Positions 19,186 to 31,029 of a stretch of DNA of 64,000 bases are shown in pieces. Each line of letters opens with the position of its first letter. Position 1 is the stretch's first letter. The notes under the pieces were generated by a model that had not been told where the DNA came from, ran no database searches, and saw only the letters and a program-made list of their open reading frames with translations. Source of the stretch: Candidatus Acidiferrales bacterium. Lineage in GTDB: Archaea; Halobacteriota; Bog-38; Methanoflorentales; Methanoflorentaceae. Location of the stretch: the NCBI GenBank assembly GCA_035624185.1, contig DASPRZ010000063.1:2349-66348 (forward strand), written 5' to 3'. The position numbers were made by a program, and so were the translations under genes.

Positions 19186-20413
19186 GAATTTCTATTATTG
19201 CTTTATGGCTCATTGCAGTGCCATTTCATTATTACTTATCTTGCTTAGCTATTAATTATTATCCTAATCTTTTGTACAACAATGAATTGCCCGAATGTTA
19301 GAATATATTGAAATTTTATTGTTAGTGGCAAAAGTTGATAGAGTTTCAAGCTGCTATTTTGCTGTTTCTGTCTCGTTTTAAATATAAAATCATATGCAAT
19401 TCCTTAATGAGTATAAGGTGTAAGACCTTGGTTGTAACGGGCAATTTTCGAATTACTGCAGCCAAGGTGTGGAGTATGCTTGTTTCAAGAAGACTGATTT
19501 GTGATTTGTCTAAATAATGCGATTGTTTATCATTTTTGGATTAGTATCTATCATAAACTTTCCGGTAACTCCCTTTATGCTTAAATTAAATCTGCTCTTT
19601 CTCTTTAAATTGCAAAGATCTTATTTAACAAATTGAAGCGCTGCAAGGTTATACTATTGAAACTGAATGAGGTGTATATGAAATCTCTGGCTGTTAACTG
19701 CCAGGACTGAGTGTGACATTTCTTTATTTTGTCTAAACTCTAGATTTCAGATTTGGAAACGGAACAGTAATAGGAACAGTAATAATATCTGCGCAAAGTA
19801 ATGTTGTTAGGTTAATACTTCATGTACAATACAAACTCACGACTACGATGTGCAGACAACATTCTCTTAACCCGCTGTTGTGGCACAACTCAGATGAGCC
19901 TAAGCCACTAGAGGTCTCTTGTGAAGTGTGAGATTCTTTCAAACTTAATTAAGTTGTAATCTTCTTTAGTTGGCTTTATGTTTTAGTCTTATTAGAATGT
20001 ACGATTTCAATGTTCATTGTGCAAACTTAAAAATTACGAGGAGGTACAATGGATATTCTGACAATTGTGCAAAATGTGTGAGTTTGTGTTTTTTTATCAA
20101 GAAAAAGAGCTAATTTTTTGTCATAGAAGTACAAATTAAAAAACACATTAAAAAACGTAGAATTAAAATTTTTGTGTTTGAGAGAACGCGAAGAATTTAT
20201 TGGTAAGCCCTCTTGCAAAGCTCATGAATACTATCAAATGCAATAAAACACTTTGTTATTGGAGTGATTTGAAGCTTGTAAGTAAGTGGCAGCAAAAAAA
20301 GTCTTTTCACTTTTGGCTTAGACTATAAAGCTTTGATCTGAGAAACCTTTAAGTAGCTAATCACTATTAGTATAAATAGATAGGTCAAGCTTGCGAGATT
20401 AGACCATGGGACA

Positions 20414-21202
20414 ATGATCCCTAAAATTCACATAGCCGTACCATCATCCTTAACGGTTGAATCTGCCGATAAAAAAATAAAAACGTATAAAGTCGGACAG
20501 GTGGCGCGGGCAGCAGCAATATTTCGAATTGACCGCGTTTTGATATATCGTGATAGCACGTTTGATGATAGCAACTTCATTTCGACTGTGTTACGATATA
20601 TGGAAACACCACAGTATATTCGTAAGTTGCTTTTCCCGCGAACTGAAGAACTTAAATACATCGGTGTAGTTCCTCCGTTGAAAACCCCACATCATGTGAA
20701 AGTTGAGGACACGGTTCGAGAAGGAGTTGTGATAGACGTCGGAGCTGAAGGCGCTCGGGTAGAAATCGGTCTCGATTGCCCGGCCTTGATGCGGAATGTA
20801 AAAGTTCGCGCAGGGCAGCGTGCAACAGTTAAGGTCTTTTCAAGAGATCCGCTAGAAGTTGAACTGTGCCAAAAACCATCGAAAAGCTGGGGTTACTCTG
20901 TTGAGGTGGTGTCAAGCATAAATGAGGCGCTAAAAGGTCTCGTAATTTCGACTACCAAGCATGGACGGCCGATTACCTCCGCAATGCTCAAAGAAATCGC
21001 GCAACGCAATGTTGCGAGTATCGCAGTAGTATTTGGCGCACCAAATCGCGGGCTTGATGAAATACTGAGTGAAATTGGTCTTTCAACTCAAGATGTATCA
21101 GATTATGTAGTTAATGCCATTCCTGATCAGGGAACAGAAACTGTACGCACTGAGGAGGCAATACTTGCCACTTTAAGTGTGCTGAATATTGGATTGCATT
21201 AA
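20414..21202 (+). CDS. putative RNA methyltransferase, SPOUT superfamily (DUF171/COG2106)
   Basis: 262 aa. ..IAVPSSL......K.KTYKVGQVARAAAIFRID.V.IY.. and its position just before rpl3, as in many archaeal r-protein operons. Confidence 0.75.
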   Translation: MIPKIHIAVPSSLTVESADKKIKTYKVGQVARAAAIFRIDRVLIYRDSTFDDSNFISTVLRYMETPQYIRKLLFPRTEELKYIGVVPPLKTPHHVKVEDTVREGVVIDVGAEGARVEIGLDCPALMRNVKVRAGQRATVKVFSRDPLEVELCQKPSKSWGYSVEVVSSINEALKGLVISTTKHGRPITSAMLKEIAQRNVASIAVVFGAPNRGLDEILSEIGLSTQDVSDYVVNAIPDQGTETVRTEEAILATLSVLNIGLH

Positions 21203-21223
21203 TGAGAGAGTGAGGTAAACTCA

Positions 21224-22210
21224 ATGGCTAAAAGACATCGTCCAAGACGTGGGTCACTTGCTTATAGCCCGCGTAAGAGGGCAAAGCGGGAAGTCCCAAG
21301 GATAAGATCTTGGCCTGAACAAACAGAGCCAAGGATCCAGGGTTTTGCAGGTTATAAAGCTGGCATGACGCACGCTATTATCATAGACGATAGGCCCAAT
21401 AGCCCGATGGAGGGCATGGAGATTAGCATGCCAGTTACTATCTTGGAGACCCCTCCTTTAAAAATTGCAGCTATAAGAGCTTATAAAAACACACCCTATG
21501 GACGAAAAGTGTCGCTCGAGGAGTGGACAAGCGATTTAGAAACAGAGTTAAAAAAACTCATGCCGCTTAGCAAAGGAAGTCCAATCACAGGAGGATCTTT
21601 CGATGGTGCAGAAGAGATAAGGGTATTGGCGTATACCCTTCCTAAGAAGGTCAGTGGCATTTCCAAAAAAGTTCCAGATTTAATGGAAATGCGTGTGGGC
21701 GCTAAAGATGTGAATTCTACTTTTGAATACGCGCACAAAATAATTGGCAAAGAAGTGGCCATAGGTGATATTTACAAAACCGGAGAACTCGTCGATGTCA
21801 TTTCTGTGACTAAGGGGAAAGGGACGCAGGGCCCAGTCAAACGCTGGGGAGTTACCATCCAAGATAGAAAGGCATTTAGAGGGGGAAAAGGACGCCACAT
21901 AGGAAATCTTGGACCATGGAATCCAGCACGGGTGCGTTGGACGGTCCCCCAACTCGGGCAAACTGGCTACCATCAGAGGACGGAGTTTAACAAACGAATT
22001 ATAAAAATTGGATCAAATGGTTCAGAAGTAACGCCAGACGGAGGACTCCTTAAGTATGGTATAGTTAAAAATGATTATATTATACTAAAGGGTTCGGTTC
22101 CTGGACCAGTTAAGAGATTGATTCGAATAAGAGATGCAATAAGGCCGAGTAGAACACCGCAAACGGCTCCAGAGTTAAGTTACATAAGCCTTCAGTCAAA
22201 GCAGGGGTAA
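21224..22210 (+). CDS. rpl3: 50S ribosomal protein L3
   Basis: [31 protein letters not shown].., 328 aa. First gene in the canonical archaeal operon order. Confidence 0.95.
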   Translation: MAKRHRPRRGSLAYSPRKRAKREVPRIRSWPEQTEPRIQGFAGYKAGMTHAIIIDDRPNSPMEGMEISMPVTILETPPLKIAAIRAYKNTPYGRKVSLEEWTSDLETELKKLMPLSKGSPITGGSFDGAEEIRVLAYTLPKKVSGISKKVPDLMEMRVGAKDVNSTFEYAHKIIGKEVAIGDIYKTGELVDVISVTKGKGTQGPVKRWGVTIQDRKAFRGGKGRHIGNLGPWNPARVRWTVPQLGQTGYHQRTEFNKRIIKIGSNGSEVTPDGGLLKYGIVKNDYIILKGSVPGPVKRLIRIRDAIRPSRTPQTAPELSYISLQSKQG

Positions 22211-22959
22211 TGCAGATGAGAGTTCAAGTTTTAGATTTAAAAGGGGAAGTCGCAAATGAGATAGAGCTCCCCCCTATTTTTAACGAATTATACCGTCCCG
22301 ATATAATTAAAAAAGCGGTGCTTGCATCTCAGGCTAATAGGAGACAAGCTTATGGACCGAATATGGCCTCTGGGATTAAAACTTCTGCTGAGTCGTGGGG
22401 GTCGGGAAGAGGTGTTGCTCAAGTTCCAAGATTAAAGAATTCAAGCAGAGTTGCGAGAGTCCCGCAGGCCGTCGGTGGAAGAAAAGCTCATCCGCCAAAA
22501 CCGGAGAAAATCTTTTCAGAGAAGATAAATAGGAAAGAGAGAAGGAAAGCAATAAGGTCAGCAATCGCTGCGACGATCATATTGGACCTAGTAAAGGCCC
22601 GTGGACATAGATATGCTGGCAACCTTCCTTTAGTAGTTGTCGATGCTTTTCAGGAGCTCTCCAAAGCCAAAGAAATAACAGTGGCGTTGAAACATTTTCA
22701 AGTTTGGGAAGACCTAGCAAAAGCGAAATCTGGCCGGAAGGTTAGAGCTGGCAAGGGGAAGAGGCGAGGAAGACGTTACAAGAATAAAAAGAGCATTCTC
22801 ATCGTCGGTACCAGGCCACTAGTCGCTGCTAGAAATTTGCCAGGAGTTGACGTCACGACGGTTAACAACCTCAACGTTGAACTTCTTGCTCCAGGAGTAC
22901 ATGCTGGGCGGTTGACCGTTTGGACTGAATCTGCTGTAAATGCTTTAATGGAGTTTTAA
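22210..22959 (+). CDS. rpl4: 50S ribosomal protein L4
   Basis: ..[13 protein letters not shown]......[16 protein letters not shown].. Follows rpl3. The start could be ATG 22216. Confidence 0.95.
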   Translation: MQMRVQVLDLKGEVANEIELPPIFNELYRPDIIKKAVLASQANRRQAYGPNMASGIKTSAESWGSGRGVAQVPRLKNSSRVARVPQAVGGRKAHPPKPEKIFSEKINRKERRKAIRSAIAATIILDLVKARGHRYAGNLPLVVVDAFQELSKAKEITVALKHFQVWEDLAKAKSGRKVRAGKGKRRGRRYKNKKSILIVGTRPLVAARNLPGVDVTTVNNLNVELLAPGVHAGRLTVWTESAVNALMEF

Positions 22960-22962
22960 GCT

Positions 22963-23208
22963 ATGTTAAAATACGCTTACATAACTGAAAAAGCGACGGT
23001 ACAAATTGATAAGGATAACAAACTTCATTTCATTGTGGACATTGATGATACGAAAGATAGCATAAAAAAAGCTGTAGAAGAGATCTACGATGTTACAGTT
23101 ACAGATATCAAGACCCTTATCACACCAAAGGGACTGAAAAAAGCAATTGTCACTCTCTCTGGCGAGAATTCTGCAGAAGAAATAGCGTCAAGGCTTGGTG
23201 TATTCTGA
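22963..23208 (+). CDS. rpl23: 50S ribosomal protein L23
   Basis: 81 aa, ..ITEKA......NKL.F.VD...TK..IK.AVEE.Y.V.V, in operon order. Confidence 0.95.
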   Translation: MLKYAYITEKATVQIDKDNKLHFIVDIDDTKDSIKKAVEEIYDVTVTDIKTLITPKGLKKAIVTLSGENSAEEIASRLGVF

Positions 23209-23219
23209 GGTGAGTACAA

Positions 23220-23933
23220 ATGGGAAAGAGAATAATATCGCAAAATAGGGGGAGAGGCACTCCTACGTATCGCGCCCCATCTCACCGTTATAAAGCTGAT
23301 ATTAAGCACTTAAGGATTGATAAAGATGAGACGATTACAGCCACAGTTGTCGACATACTGCATGATCCTGCCCGTAGTGCCCCTATAGGGAGAGTCGAAC
23401 TTCGAGATGGAAGCGAGAGACTCATCCTTGTGCCTGAGGGATTAGGAGTCGGTGACGAGGTAACTTGTGGGATATCTGCGGAAATAAAGGCTGGAAACAC
23501 ATTGCAACTTGCTGAAATACCAGAAGGCATCCCGATCTACAATATTGAGTCACAACCAGGAGATGGGGGCTCATTTGCGCGTGCATCTGGTGTTTATGGG
23601 ATGTTAATCGCCCATGATTTAAATAAAACAGTTGTGCAGCTTCCTAGTGGTGAAATGAAATGGCTTCATCCTCACTGTAAAGCGACAATTGGGATGGTTG
23701 CGGGTGGTGGCAGGGTAGATAAGCCATTTGTAAAGGCAGGGAAGAAGTATTTGAAGATGCGGTCAAGAGCAGGTAAGTTTCCAAGAGTAAGAGGAGTTGC
23801 AATGAACGCCGTTGACCACCCGTTTGGTGGGGGCGGCTGGCAGCATCCTGGGAGACCGAAGACTGTTAGCAGAAGAGCACCACCAGGAAGAAAAGTAGGT
23901 AGCATCGCTGCCAGAAGAACAGGTAAGCGATGA
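23220..23933 (+). CDS. rpl2: 50S ribosomal protein L2
   Basis: [25 protein letters not shown]....[14 protein letters not shown].., 237 aa. Confidence 0.95.
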   Translation: MGKRIISQNRGRGTPTYRAPSHRYKADIKHLRIDKDETITATVVDILHDPARSAPIGRVELRDGSERLILVPEGLGVGDEVTCGISAEIKAGNTLQLAEIPEGIPIYNIESQPGDGGSFARASGVYGMLIAHDLNKTVVQLPSGEMKWLHPHCKATIGMVAGGGRVDKPFVKAGKKYLKMRSRAGKFPRVRGVAMNAVDHPFGGGGWQHPGRPKTVSRRAPPGRKVGSIAARRTGKR

Positions 23934-23943
23934 ACGACTTGGA

Positions 23944-24363
23944 GTGAGATCTATGGTGAAAAGAAAGAAGGCCGAAGCACCACGACGACGAGAAGAGTTC
24001 ACATACAAGGGGTATACAGTCGAAAAACTGCGCGGAATGGAATTAGAAGAGATAACTAATATCCTTCCAGCACGTCAACGGAGAGCACTTAAAAGAGGCT
24101 TGAGCGAAGATAAAAAGCAACTTTTACAACAGATAAAAGACGGCAAACAAGTCCGTACACATTTAAGGGATCTGATAATCTTTCCTGAAATGGTGGGAAC
24201 CGTAATCGCAGTACACGACGGTAAAAGTTTCAATCAATTTGAAATAATGCCTGAAATGATTGGGCATTATCTTGGAGAATTTGCTCCAACACGGAAACGT
24301 GTTACCCACGGCGGACCAGGCGTTGGTGCTACGAGGTCAAGTAAATACGTCCCATTAAAATGA
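23944..24363 (+). CDS. rps19: 30S ribosomal protein S19
   Basis: ..[10 protein letters not shown]........LPARQRR.L.RGL......HDGK.F...[17 protein letters not shown]. The likely true start is ATG 23953. Confidence 0.95.
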   Translation: MRSMVKRKKAEAPRRREEFTYKGYTVEKLRGMELEEITNILPARQRRALKRGLSEDKKQLLQQIKDGKQVRTHLRDLIIFPEMVGTVIAVHDGKSFNQFEIMPEMIGHYLGEFAPTRKRVTHGGPGVGATRSSKYVPLK

Positions 24364-24364
24364 A

Positions 24365-24844
24365 GTGATTGATATGGCATTTACTAACTACTCTAAGGAA
24401 TTTGACAAAGAAATAACTGCCCGCGCCCAAGGTCATGAGCTTCACGTGTCACCAAAGCATTGCGTGGAGCTATGTAGGGAATTGAGACGAATGGATCTCA
24501 CAGAGGCAAAATATTATCTCGATGCTGTTATCAAAAAGAAGAGGGCGGTACGATTCAAACGTTATAACAGTGAGGTGGGACACAGAAAAGGCCTTGTAGG
24601 CTGGGATGCTGGCAGGTACCCTCAAAAAGCTGCGTCAGAGATACTAAAAGTGATAAAAAATGCCGAAGCAAATGCTGAGTATAAGGGGCTTGACACCGAA
24701 AAGATGAAGATCGTTCATAGCTTGATGAGACGCGGCAGAGTTATTCAAGGGCGTATGCCTCGCGCGATGGGACGAGCTACAGCAAAAGATACAGAGACTG
24801 CTACGGTTGAAATAGTGCTACAGGAGGTGAAAAATGGCGATTGA
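24365..24844 (+). CDS. rpl22: 50S ribosomal protein L22
   Basis: ..A.A.G..L.VSPKH.VE.CRE.R......A..YL..V......VRFKRYN..VGHRKG.. The likely start is ATG 24374. Confidence 0.95.
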   Translation: MIDMAFTNYSKEFDKEITARAQGHELHVSPKHCVELCRELRRMDLTEAKYYLDAVIKKKRAVRFKRYNSEVGHRKGLVGWDAGRYPQKAASEILKVIKNAEANAEYKGLDTEKMKIVHSLMRRGRVIQGRMPRAMGRATAKDTETATVEIVLQEVKNGD

Positions 24845-25514
24845 AAAAAGATTCGTAAGTGAGGGCATAAAAAGGTCTCAGATGAATGAGTTCCTCGTTA
24901 AGGAGTTCGAACGTGCCGGGTACGGCGGCATGGAAATAAACCGAACACCACTCGGGACACAAGTGACGATATTCGCCGAAAAGCCGGGGATGATTATAGG
25001 AAAGGCTGGTAAGACTATACGGAGGGTCACAAAAGAGCTTGATAGTAAGTTCAAGCTTGATAATCCACAGTTGGACGTGCAAGAAATTGAAGTTCCCGAA
25101 CTAAGTGCGCAGATAATGGCAAATAGGCTAGCAAATGCCTTGCAACGCGGTTGGTACTTTAGGAAAGCCGGTCAATCTGCGCTCCAGAGGATTATGGATG
25201 CGGGAGCTTTAGGCTGCGAGATTATCCTTGCAGGAAAGTTGACAGGTCCACGTGCGCGAACTGAGAAGTTCCTCGCAGGTTATATAAAGCATTGTGGAAA
25301 GCCAGCCGAGGAGTTAGTTGATAAAGGCTACGCTGTGGCAAAAAAGAAGTTAGGCATTATAGGGGTTAAAGTGCATATAGTGCATCCAGGCGTAAAACTT
25401 CCTGATGATATCCAACTCATCGAAATTCAAGAAGAAGAGGTAGAACCGCATGGCGATATTGAGGACACGGGAAATACGGGAGATGAAACCCGAAGAACGG
25501 AAGAAACAACTTAA
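24834..25514 (+). CDS. rps3: 30S ribosomal protein S3
   Basis: KH-domain region ..[42 protein letters not shown], 226 aa. Confidence 0.95.
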   Translation: MAIEKRFVSEGIKRSQMNEFLVKEFERAGYGGMEINRTPLGTQVTIFAEKPGMIIGKAGKTIRRVTKELDSKFKLDNPQLDVQEIEVPELSAQIMANRLANALQRGWYFRKAGQSALQRIMDAGALGCEIILAGKLTGPRARTEKFLAGYIKHCGKPAEELVDKGYAVAKKKLGIIGVKVHIVHPGVKLPDDIQLIEIQEEEVEPHGDIEDTGNTGDETRRTEETT

Positions 25515-25662
25515 AGACCTAATAAGTGAGCTACTTCGCGAGAGGGCAGTGGTTGCAGCAGGAGGCGCTCCTGAAAATCCAGGACGTACACGCGAGTTAA
25601 GGCGTGCAATCGCTAGAATAAAGACAATACTAAATGAAGAGAAACAAGGAACTATCGGCTAG
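25450..25662 (+). CDS. rpl29: 50S ribosomal protein L29
   Basis: [33 protein letters not shown].., 70 aa. Overlaps the rps3 3' end by 65 nt in another frame. Confidence 0.9.
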   Translation: MAILRTREIREMKPEERKKQLKDLISELLRERAVVAAGGAPENPGRTRELRRAIARIKTILNEEKQGTIG

Positions 25663-25665
25663 CAG

Positions 25666-25971
25666 ATGGAGATTATGCTAATGCAAATAACCCCTCAAAA
25701 CATCTTGCATCATGAGCTAATTGGATTACGCGTCCTCGTTATTGATAACGCAAATCCTTTTAACGTGGGTCTGTCTGCTACAGTGGTTGACGAAAGCAAG
25801 AACACTTTCACGATAGAAAGTGATTCAGGCGAGAAAATGATACCTAAAGAACATGGAATCTTTGAGTTCATACTACCTGACGGACAGCATACTATATTGA
25901 ATGGCGATTTACTTGTGGCGCGCCCCGAAGACCGCGTCGTGAAGAATTTATTAAAAATGCGAAAAAGGTGA
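25666..25971 (+). CDS. rnp1: RNase P protein component 1 (Rpp29/Pop4)
   Basis: ..HELIGLRV.V......[16 protein letters not shown].....K.IPKE...F.F.......I.G..L..RPEDR. Sits in the conserved slot between rpl29 and rps17. Confidence 0.85.
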   Translation: MEIMLMQITPQNILHHELIGLRVLVIDNANPFNVGLSATVVDESKNTFTIESDSGEKMIPKEHGIFEFILPDGQHTILNGDLLVARPEDRVVKNLLKMRKR

Positions 25972-25972
25972 A

Positions 25973-26296
25973 ATGATGGCAGGAAAGTTAGGATTGAAAG
26001 TTCCCCTGCCCGTACGGGAATGCAAAGATATTGCATGTCCATTTCACGGTAATTTGGCCGTCAGGGGCCAAACTGTTGATGGTACGGTAGTAAGTGGCAA
26101 GATGAGTCGTACGGTTGTCGTGCAGCGAGAGTATTTCAAATACGTTCCAAAGTATGAAAGGTATGAAAAGCGGAAATCAAAAATTCATGCCCACAATCCA
26201 GACTGTATTGCAGCTAAAATCGGTGACAAGGTGAAGATAGCCGAGTGTCGTCCATTATCTAAAACAAAGTCTTTTGTGGTGATCCAGATTTTATGA
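25973..26296 (+). CDS. rps17: 30S ribosomal protein S17
   Basis: ..C.D..CPFHG.L.VRGQ...[30 protein letters not shown], 107 aa. Confidence 0.95.
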   Translation: MMAGKLGLKVPLPVRECKDIACPFHGNLAVRGQTVDGTVVSGKMSRTVVVQREYFKYVPKYERYEKRKSKIHAHNPDCIAAKIGDKVKIAECRPLSKTKSFVVIQIL

Positions 26297-26691
26297 AGAG
26301 CTTAAAGGCGAAAGTTCCAAAATCTCTTGTAACGGGATCGACGCTCGATTGTGTTGACAACACAGGCGCGCGAACTTTACAGATCATAGCTGTAAGAGGC
26401 TATAGAGGAGTAAAGAAAAGGCAGCCCAAAGCTGGTATAGGAGAGATAGTTATTGTGTCGGTTAAGAAGGGCACCCCAGAGATGCGGAGACAGGTACTTA
26501 ATGCAGTCATTATTAGGCAAAAACAGGAATTTAGGAGACAAGACGGGATCAGAGTAAGGTTTGAAGATAACGCAGCAGTCATCACTGACGAGAAAGGCGA
26601 CCCAAGGGGCACAGAGATTAAAGGACCTGTCGCCCGTGAGGTAGCTGAGCGTTTTGGGAAAATTGCATCGGTAGCTCAAATAATAGCTTGA
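26293..26691 (+). CDS. rpl14: 50S ribosomal protein L14
   Basis: ..[19 protein letters not shown]...AGIGE..IVSVKKG.PEMR.., 132 aa. Confidence 0.95.
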   Translation: MKSLKAKVPKSLVTGSTLDCVDNTGARTLQIIAVRGYRGVKKRQPKAGIGEIVIVSVKKGTPEMRRQVLNAVIIRQKQEFRRQDGIRVRFEDNAAVITDEKGDPRGTEIKGPVAREVAERFGKIASVAQIIA

Positions 26692-27062
26692 GGAGCGAAT
26701 ATAACATGATTACATCAACACAGCCGAGGAAACAGAGAGGCGCGAGGATCAGGGCCCCACTTCATGTTAGGCAAAAATATCTCTGCGCACGACTGAATCC
26801 ATCGCTTGCAAAAAAATACAACCACCGTAGTTTCCAGATAAAGAAAGGTGACACGGTGAAAATACTGCGTGGGGATTTTAAAGGCAATGAGGGAAAGGTT
26901 GCAAACGTCAACCTTAAACAAGAAGCGATCCACGTGGACGGTGTAACCGTTCATAAAGCTGATGGTTCAGAGGTACCACGTCCAATTCACCCGTCAAACG
27001 TGATGATCACAAAGCTCGACCTAAAAGATAAACTAAGAGCGGGAAAACTTAAGGAGGCGTAA
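26688..27062 (+). CDS. rpl24: 50S ribosomal protein L24
   Basis: KOW motif ..[22 protein letters not shown]. The likely start is ATG 26706. Confidence 0.95.
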   Translation: MRSEYNMITSTQPRKQRGARIRAPLHVRQKYLCARLNPSLAKKYNHRSFQIKKGDTVKILRGDFKGNEGKVANVNLKQEAIHVDGVTVHKADGSEVPRPIHPSNVMITKLDLKDKLRAGKLKEA

Positions 27063-27734
27063 ATGCACCAGAAAAGAATTTCAGCGCCGAAAAGCTGGCC
27101 GATTGCCAAGAAGATCAGCAAGTGGGTTGTCGCCCCTTCTGCAGGTGCACATTCAAAGGATGCTGTGCCGATAATGGTGGTTATACGCGATATGTTGCGC
27201 ATTACGGACAACGCAAAAGAAACAAAGCGCGTTTTGCACGACGGAGCCGTCAAGATAAACGGGAAAGTCGTTAAAGAATATAAGGCGCGTTTAGGGCTTT
27301 TCGACGTGTTAAGCGTTGCAGGAATCAATTACAGAATGCTCCCAAACCCGCGCGGAAAATACGAACTTAGTGAGATCAGTGACGATGATGCCCGAAGTAA
27401 ACTCTCTCGTATAGATAATATTACTATCGTAAAGGGTGGAAAATATCAATACAATTTGCACGATGGAACAAATTTGCTATTGGATGAAAAATATAATACT
27501 AAAGACTCACTTGTGCTTGCTTTGCCTGATAATAAGATATTGATGCACTACGAGTACAAACAAGGGAGCTACGCGATGATAGTTGGCGGAAGACACTCGG
27601 GTGAAACTGGTAAAATAGCTGAAATAAAAAAAGTTGAAAGTTCCCGCCCAAATATAGTGAAGATCGAACAGACCGACCGCCAGTTTGAGACAATAGATAA
27701 GTACGTTTTCGTATTGGGTGGTGAAATGATGTGA
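27063..27734 (+). CDS. rps4e: 30S ribosomal protein S4e
   Basis: MHQKRISAPKSWPIAKK..KWVV.PS.G.H.., 223 aa. Confidence 0.95.
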   Translation: MHQKRISAPKSWPIAKKISKWVVAPSAGAHSKDAVPIMVVIRDMLRITDNAKETKRVLHDGAVKINGKVVKEYKARLGLFDVLSVAGINYRMLPNPRGKYELSEISDDDARSKLSRIDNITIVKGGKYQYNLHDGTNLLLDEKYNTKDSLVLALPDNKILMHYEYKQGSYAMIVGGRHSGETGKIAEIKKVESSRPNIVKIEQTDRQFETIDKYVFVLGGEMM

Positions 27735-28273
27735 CAGTCAAAAATGCCGAGAAATCTCTACATGATCAGAACCCAATGACGAGACTCCAAATCGACAAAG
27801 TCATCGTACACATGAGCGTCGGTGAAGGCGGTCAACGATTAATAAATGCTGAAAAGATTATTAAAACTCTCACTGGACGGGATACAGTAAGGACAGAAGC
27901 AAAAAAAACTCAACCAGCTTTTGGTATAAGGAAAGGGCAAGCAATCGGTTGCAAAACAACATTGCGTGGGGCTGTGGCTCATAAATTTCTTACGTTGGCA
28001 CTTGACATTCGCCAAAACCACATAAGCGACTACCAATTCGATGAAAATGGAAACATATCTTTTGGAATCGTTGAACATACTGATTTTCCTGGCATGACGT
28101 ACGATCCCGAAATAGGAATATTCGGCATGGATGTCACAGTAACATTCAAAAAATCAGGCTACCGAATTGCAAAAAGGCGAGTTGCTTCAAGAAGAATCCC
28201 TAATAATCACAAAGTCAAACGAATGGAGGCAATTGCTTTTATGACGGATGAGTATCACGTGGTGGTCGTATAA
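27731..28273 (+). CDS. rpl5: 50S ribosomal protein L5
   Basis: ..NPM....[17 protein letters not shown]...LTG...V...[12 protein letters not shown].., 180 aa. Confidence 0.95.
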   Translation: MTVKNAEKSLHDQNPMTRLQIDKVIVHMSVGEGGQRLINAEKIIKTLTGRDTVRTEAKKTQPAFGIRKGQAIGCKTTLRGAVAHKFLTLALDIRQNHISDYQFDENGNISFGIVEHTDFPGMTYDPEIGIFGMDVTVTFKKSGYRIAKRRVASRRIPNNHKVKRMEAIAFMTDEYHVVVV

Positions 28274-28416
28274 TGGTTGAGAAAAGTGGGCGTGTCGCAC
28301 ATGAATGTAGACGATGTGGACGCAAACAAGGGCTTGTACGAAAGTATGGGATATACTTATGTAGGCAATGTTTCAGAGAAAAAGCAAGCGATATGCAATT
28401 TGAAAAATATAGGTAA
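28273..28416 (+). CDS. rps14: 30S ribosomal protein S14 (zinc-binding type)
   Basis: Not in the ORF track (47 aa). My translation is [47 protein letters not shown], with CxxC..CxxC. The ATG overlaps the rpl5 TAA, and the gene sits in the expected slot between L5 and S8. Confidence 0.9.
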   Translation: MVEKSGRVAHECRRCGRKQGLVRKYGIYLCRQCFREKASDMQFEKYR

Positions 28417-28428
28417 GGAGATTCAATT

Positions 28429-28821
28429 ATGGTTTTATTAGATCCACTTGCAAATGCTCTTTCAACTATAAAAAATGCAGAAAGCACTGGTAAAAGCGAA
28501 TGCATTGTAAAGCCAGTTTCAAAACTAATTGGAAATGTACTAAGAGTTATGCAACAGGGGAGTTATGTGGGTGACTTCGAATTCATTGAAGACGGCAAAG
28601 CTGGCTTATTTAAAATTGAGTTGTTAGGGAATATTAATAAATGTGGGGCGATAAAGCCAAGATCTTCAATTGCGAAGACGGATTTTGAAAAGTGGGAACA
28701 GAGATACTTGCCAGCACGCGATGTTGGACTATTGATACTTACAACCTCTCAAGGTATTATGTCTCACACTGATGCTAAAGGACGCGGAATTAGCGGAAAG
28801 TTGCTTGCATACGTGTATTAA
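28429..28821 (+). CDS. rps8: 30S ribosomal protein S8
   Basis: [22 protein letters not shown], 130 aa. AGGAG lies 7 nt upstream. Confidence 0.95.
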   Translation: MVLLDPLANALSTIKNAESTGKSECIVKPVSKLIGNVLRVMQQGSYVGDFEFIEDGKAGLFKIELLGNINKCGAIKPRSSIAKTDFEKWEQRYLPARDVGLLILTTSQGIMSHTDAKGRGISGKLLAYVY

Positions 28822-28829
28822 AGAAGGAA

Positions 28830-29366
28830 TTGCAGATGACTCGAGTTACAGAAACCGAAGTTCGAATACTTGACGGCATTGATGTTGAAGTTGAAAGATC
28901 GTTGGTGGTGGTGACAGGTCCGAAGGGGACGCTTAAACGCAATCTTTGGTATCCGGGGATTGCAATTAGCTTTGACAACCAAAATATTCAAATACGCACT
29001 GAAATTGACAAGAAGGCCCAGGACTCAGTTGTACAGACTTTTGCGTCTCATATTGTCAATATGATGACTGGAGTTAAAAGTGGCTTCGAATATAAATTAA
29101 AAGTAGTGTATTCACACTTTCCCATTCAAGTGAAGATTGAAAGCAAAATGGTGTCGATTGGAAATTTTCTGGGCGAGCGAAAGCCGCGAATCGCTCGGAT
29201 ATTAGGTGAGTCACAAGTTAAGCTACATGGCGATGAGATCGTCGTTACTGGCATTAATAAAGAAGATGTGGGCCAGACTGCAGCTAACATCGAGCAAGCA
29301 ACGAGGATTAAGGGGCGGGATCCTCGTGTTTTCCAGGATGGGATTTACATAACGGAAAAGGCATGA
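28830..29366 (+). CDS. rpl6: 50S ribosomal protein L6
   Basis: 178 aa, ..V.V.GPKG.L.R.......I.......I.., in operon order. Confidence 0.95.
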   Translation: MQMTRVTETEVRILDGIDVEVERSLVVVTGPKGTLKRNLWYPGIAISFDNQNIQIRTEIDKKAQDSVVQTFASHIVNMMTGVKSGFEYKLKVVYSHFPIQVKIESKMVSIGNFLGERKPRIARILGESQVKLHGDEIVVTGINKEDVGQTAANIEQATRIKGRDPRVFQDGIYITEKA

Positions 29367-29378
29367 AGAGGCGCATAA

Positions 29379-29993
29379 ATGAAATTTCTGGAAAAAATGA
29401 GTGAAGATGCTGTTAAAGCGTTGATAGAGGCTGGGTATAGGACTGTGGATGACTTGAAGCAAGCAACTAAGGAAGATCTTGTGAATATTGAAGGAATTGA
29501 TTCAAAGCTTGCGAGAGCAATCCTAAAAGATACTGTTTCATTCAAGCATAAAGAGCTCACTGAAAAGGAAAGGCGTCTTCTCGTTGCGAGAGCTAGGCAT
29601 GACAAGCCATGGTTTAAACGACTTGATTGGGAGAAAAAAAAGAAGCTTAGCTCAAGCTGGAGGAGGCCAAAAGGATTATTCAATAAAATGCGGCGAGGTT
29701 TCACAGATAAGGGGGCCGTAGTACAAGTTGGCTATGGTTCACCAAAGGCAATACGAGGTTACCATCCTTCTGGGTTTAAGGAAGTTCTTGTTCACAATCC
29801 AAGTGAACTTGAGAGTTTAATGCAAGATCAAGCAGTTAGGATAGCAGGGACAGTCGGTAGAAAAAAGAAGCAGATGATAATGGAAAAAGCGTTTGTGAAA
29901 GGATTGAAAGTGCTAAACCCAATTGCAAACATTAAATTCAGTAAAGTTACAGAAAACGAAAGCGAGAACGAGAAGAAAGAGGCAGAACAGTAA
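29379..29993 (+). CDS. rpl32e: 50S ribosomal protein L32e (with an N-terminal HhH-type extension)
   Basis: L32e core ..KP.F.R.DW..KK.L...WRRPKG..NKMR.....KG..V.VGYGSPK..RG.HPSG. It is preceded by ~65 aa containing ..L..I.GI..KLA..I. Confidence 0.9.
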   Translation: MKFLEKMSEDAVKALIEAGYRTVDDLKQATKEDLVNIEGIDSKLARAILKDTVSFKHKELTEKERRLLVARARHDKPWFKRLDWEKKKKLSSSWRRPKGLFNKMRRGFTDKGAVVQVGYGSPKAIRGYHPSGFKEVLVHNPSELESLMQDQAVRIAGTVGRKKKQMIMEKAFVKGLKVLNPIANIKFSKVTENESENEKKEAEQ

Positions 29994-30451
29994 TGACTGA
30001 CCTTAAAAACCAAAAGAGACTTGCTTCAAAAATACTTGGAGTAGGAGTAAGCCGCGTTTGGCTCGATCCAGAAAAATTAGAGGATATAGCAAATGTTATA
30101 ACGAGAGAGGATATCCGTGGACTCGTCGAAGCTGGTACTATTAAACGTATTCAGTCGAACGGGATTAGCCGAGGCCGAGCAAAAGAACGTGATGTAAAGA
30201 GAGAAAAAGGGCACAGAAAAGGACACGGACGCCGCAGAGGAGCTAAAGGCGCCCGAACGCCCAAAAAAGCTCTTTGGATCCGCAGGATTAGGGCACAGAG
30301 AAAGAGGCTAAAAGCTCTTAGAAATGACAATACTTTGGACCGTAAAGTATATCGCAAGATGTATCGAAAGGCTAAAGGCGGTGTGTATCGGAACATAGCT
30401 GTATTAACTTCTGAAGCACACGCTCTAGCGGCTTCGAGGGAGGAACAGTGA
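29993..30451 (+). CDS. rpl19e: 50S ribosomal protein L19e
   Basis: [28 protein letters not shown].., 152 aa. Confidence 0.95.
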   Translation: MTDLKNQKRLASKILGVGVSRVWLDPEKLEDIANVITREDIRGLVEAGTIKRIQSNGISRGRAKERDVKREKGHRKGHGRRRGAKGARTPKKALWIRRIRAQRKRLKALRNDNTLDRKVYRKMYRKAKGGVYRNIAVLTSEAHALAASREEQ

Positions 30452-31014
30452 TGGCAGAAGGACCTCGATACCAGGTTCCTTTCAGACGTAGAAGAAAGGG
30501 CAGGACGAATTATCATAAACGGCTCGGATTAGTACTTTCAAGAAGACCACGCATGGTTGTGCGAAAAAGTGGGAAGAACTTCACAATACAGCTAGTATCA
30601 CCAGGCGATAGAGGAGATTTAAGCCTCGCTTCCGCGAATGCGTTGGAACTTACGAAGTTTGGTTATAATGGCTCTGCAGGTAATGTCCCAGCTGCTTATC
30701 TTACGGGATTACTCTTTGGAAAGAGAAGTCTTGCTCTTGGATATCACGAGGCAGTTCTTGACATTGGCTTGAACGCCAACTCTAAGGGTTCACGTGTTTA
30801 TGCAGCTTTAATGGGGGCATTGGAAACGGGGCTGGGAGTTCCATATAATGAAAAAGTGCTCCCATCGAAAGAGAGAGTCTGCGGCGAGCATATAGCGCGA
30901 TACGCAAATGAAAATCCAAATAACTTTTCGAAGTACAAAATATCTCCTAAAGAGCTTCCTGAACATATAGGCACAGTGAAACAGAAAATAATGCAGACGC
31001 CGAAGAAGAAATAA
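30448..31014 (+). CDS. rpl18: 50S ribosomal protein L18
   Basis: ..GPRY.VPFRRRR.GRTNY.KRL.L..S..PR.VVRKS.K....QLV, 188 aa. Confidence 0.95.
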   Translation: MMAEGPRYQVPFRRRRKGRTNYHKRLGLVLSRRPRMVVRKSGKNFTIQLVSPGDRGDLSLASANALELTKFGYNGSAGNVPAAYLTGLLFGKRSLALGYHEAVLDIGLNANSKGSRVYAALMGALETGLGVPYNEKVLPSKERVCGEHIARYANENPNNFSKYKISPKELPEHIGTVKQKIMQTPKKK

Positions 31015-31029
31015 CATCAAATTAATGGA

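Noticed and set aside
19761-19784. 2 x 12-bp direct repeat (ggaacagtaata) as a possible CRISPR or tandem-repeat locus
   Set aside because: Only two adjacent copies exist, with no spacers, no further copies in the window and no cas genes. It is too small to carry meaning.
29379-29993. N-terminal ~65-aa helix-hairpin-helix extension on L32e as a novel fusion
   Set aside because: Long L32e forms with N-terminal extensions are already known in several euryarchaeal lineages, such as halophiles and Methanosarcinales-type genomes. I do not consider this one novel.
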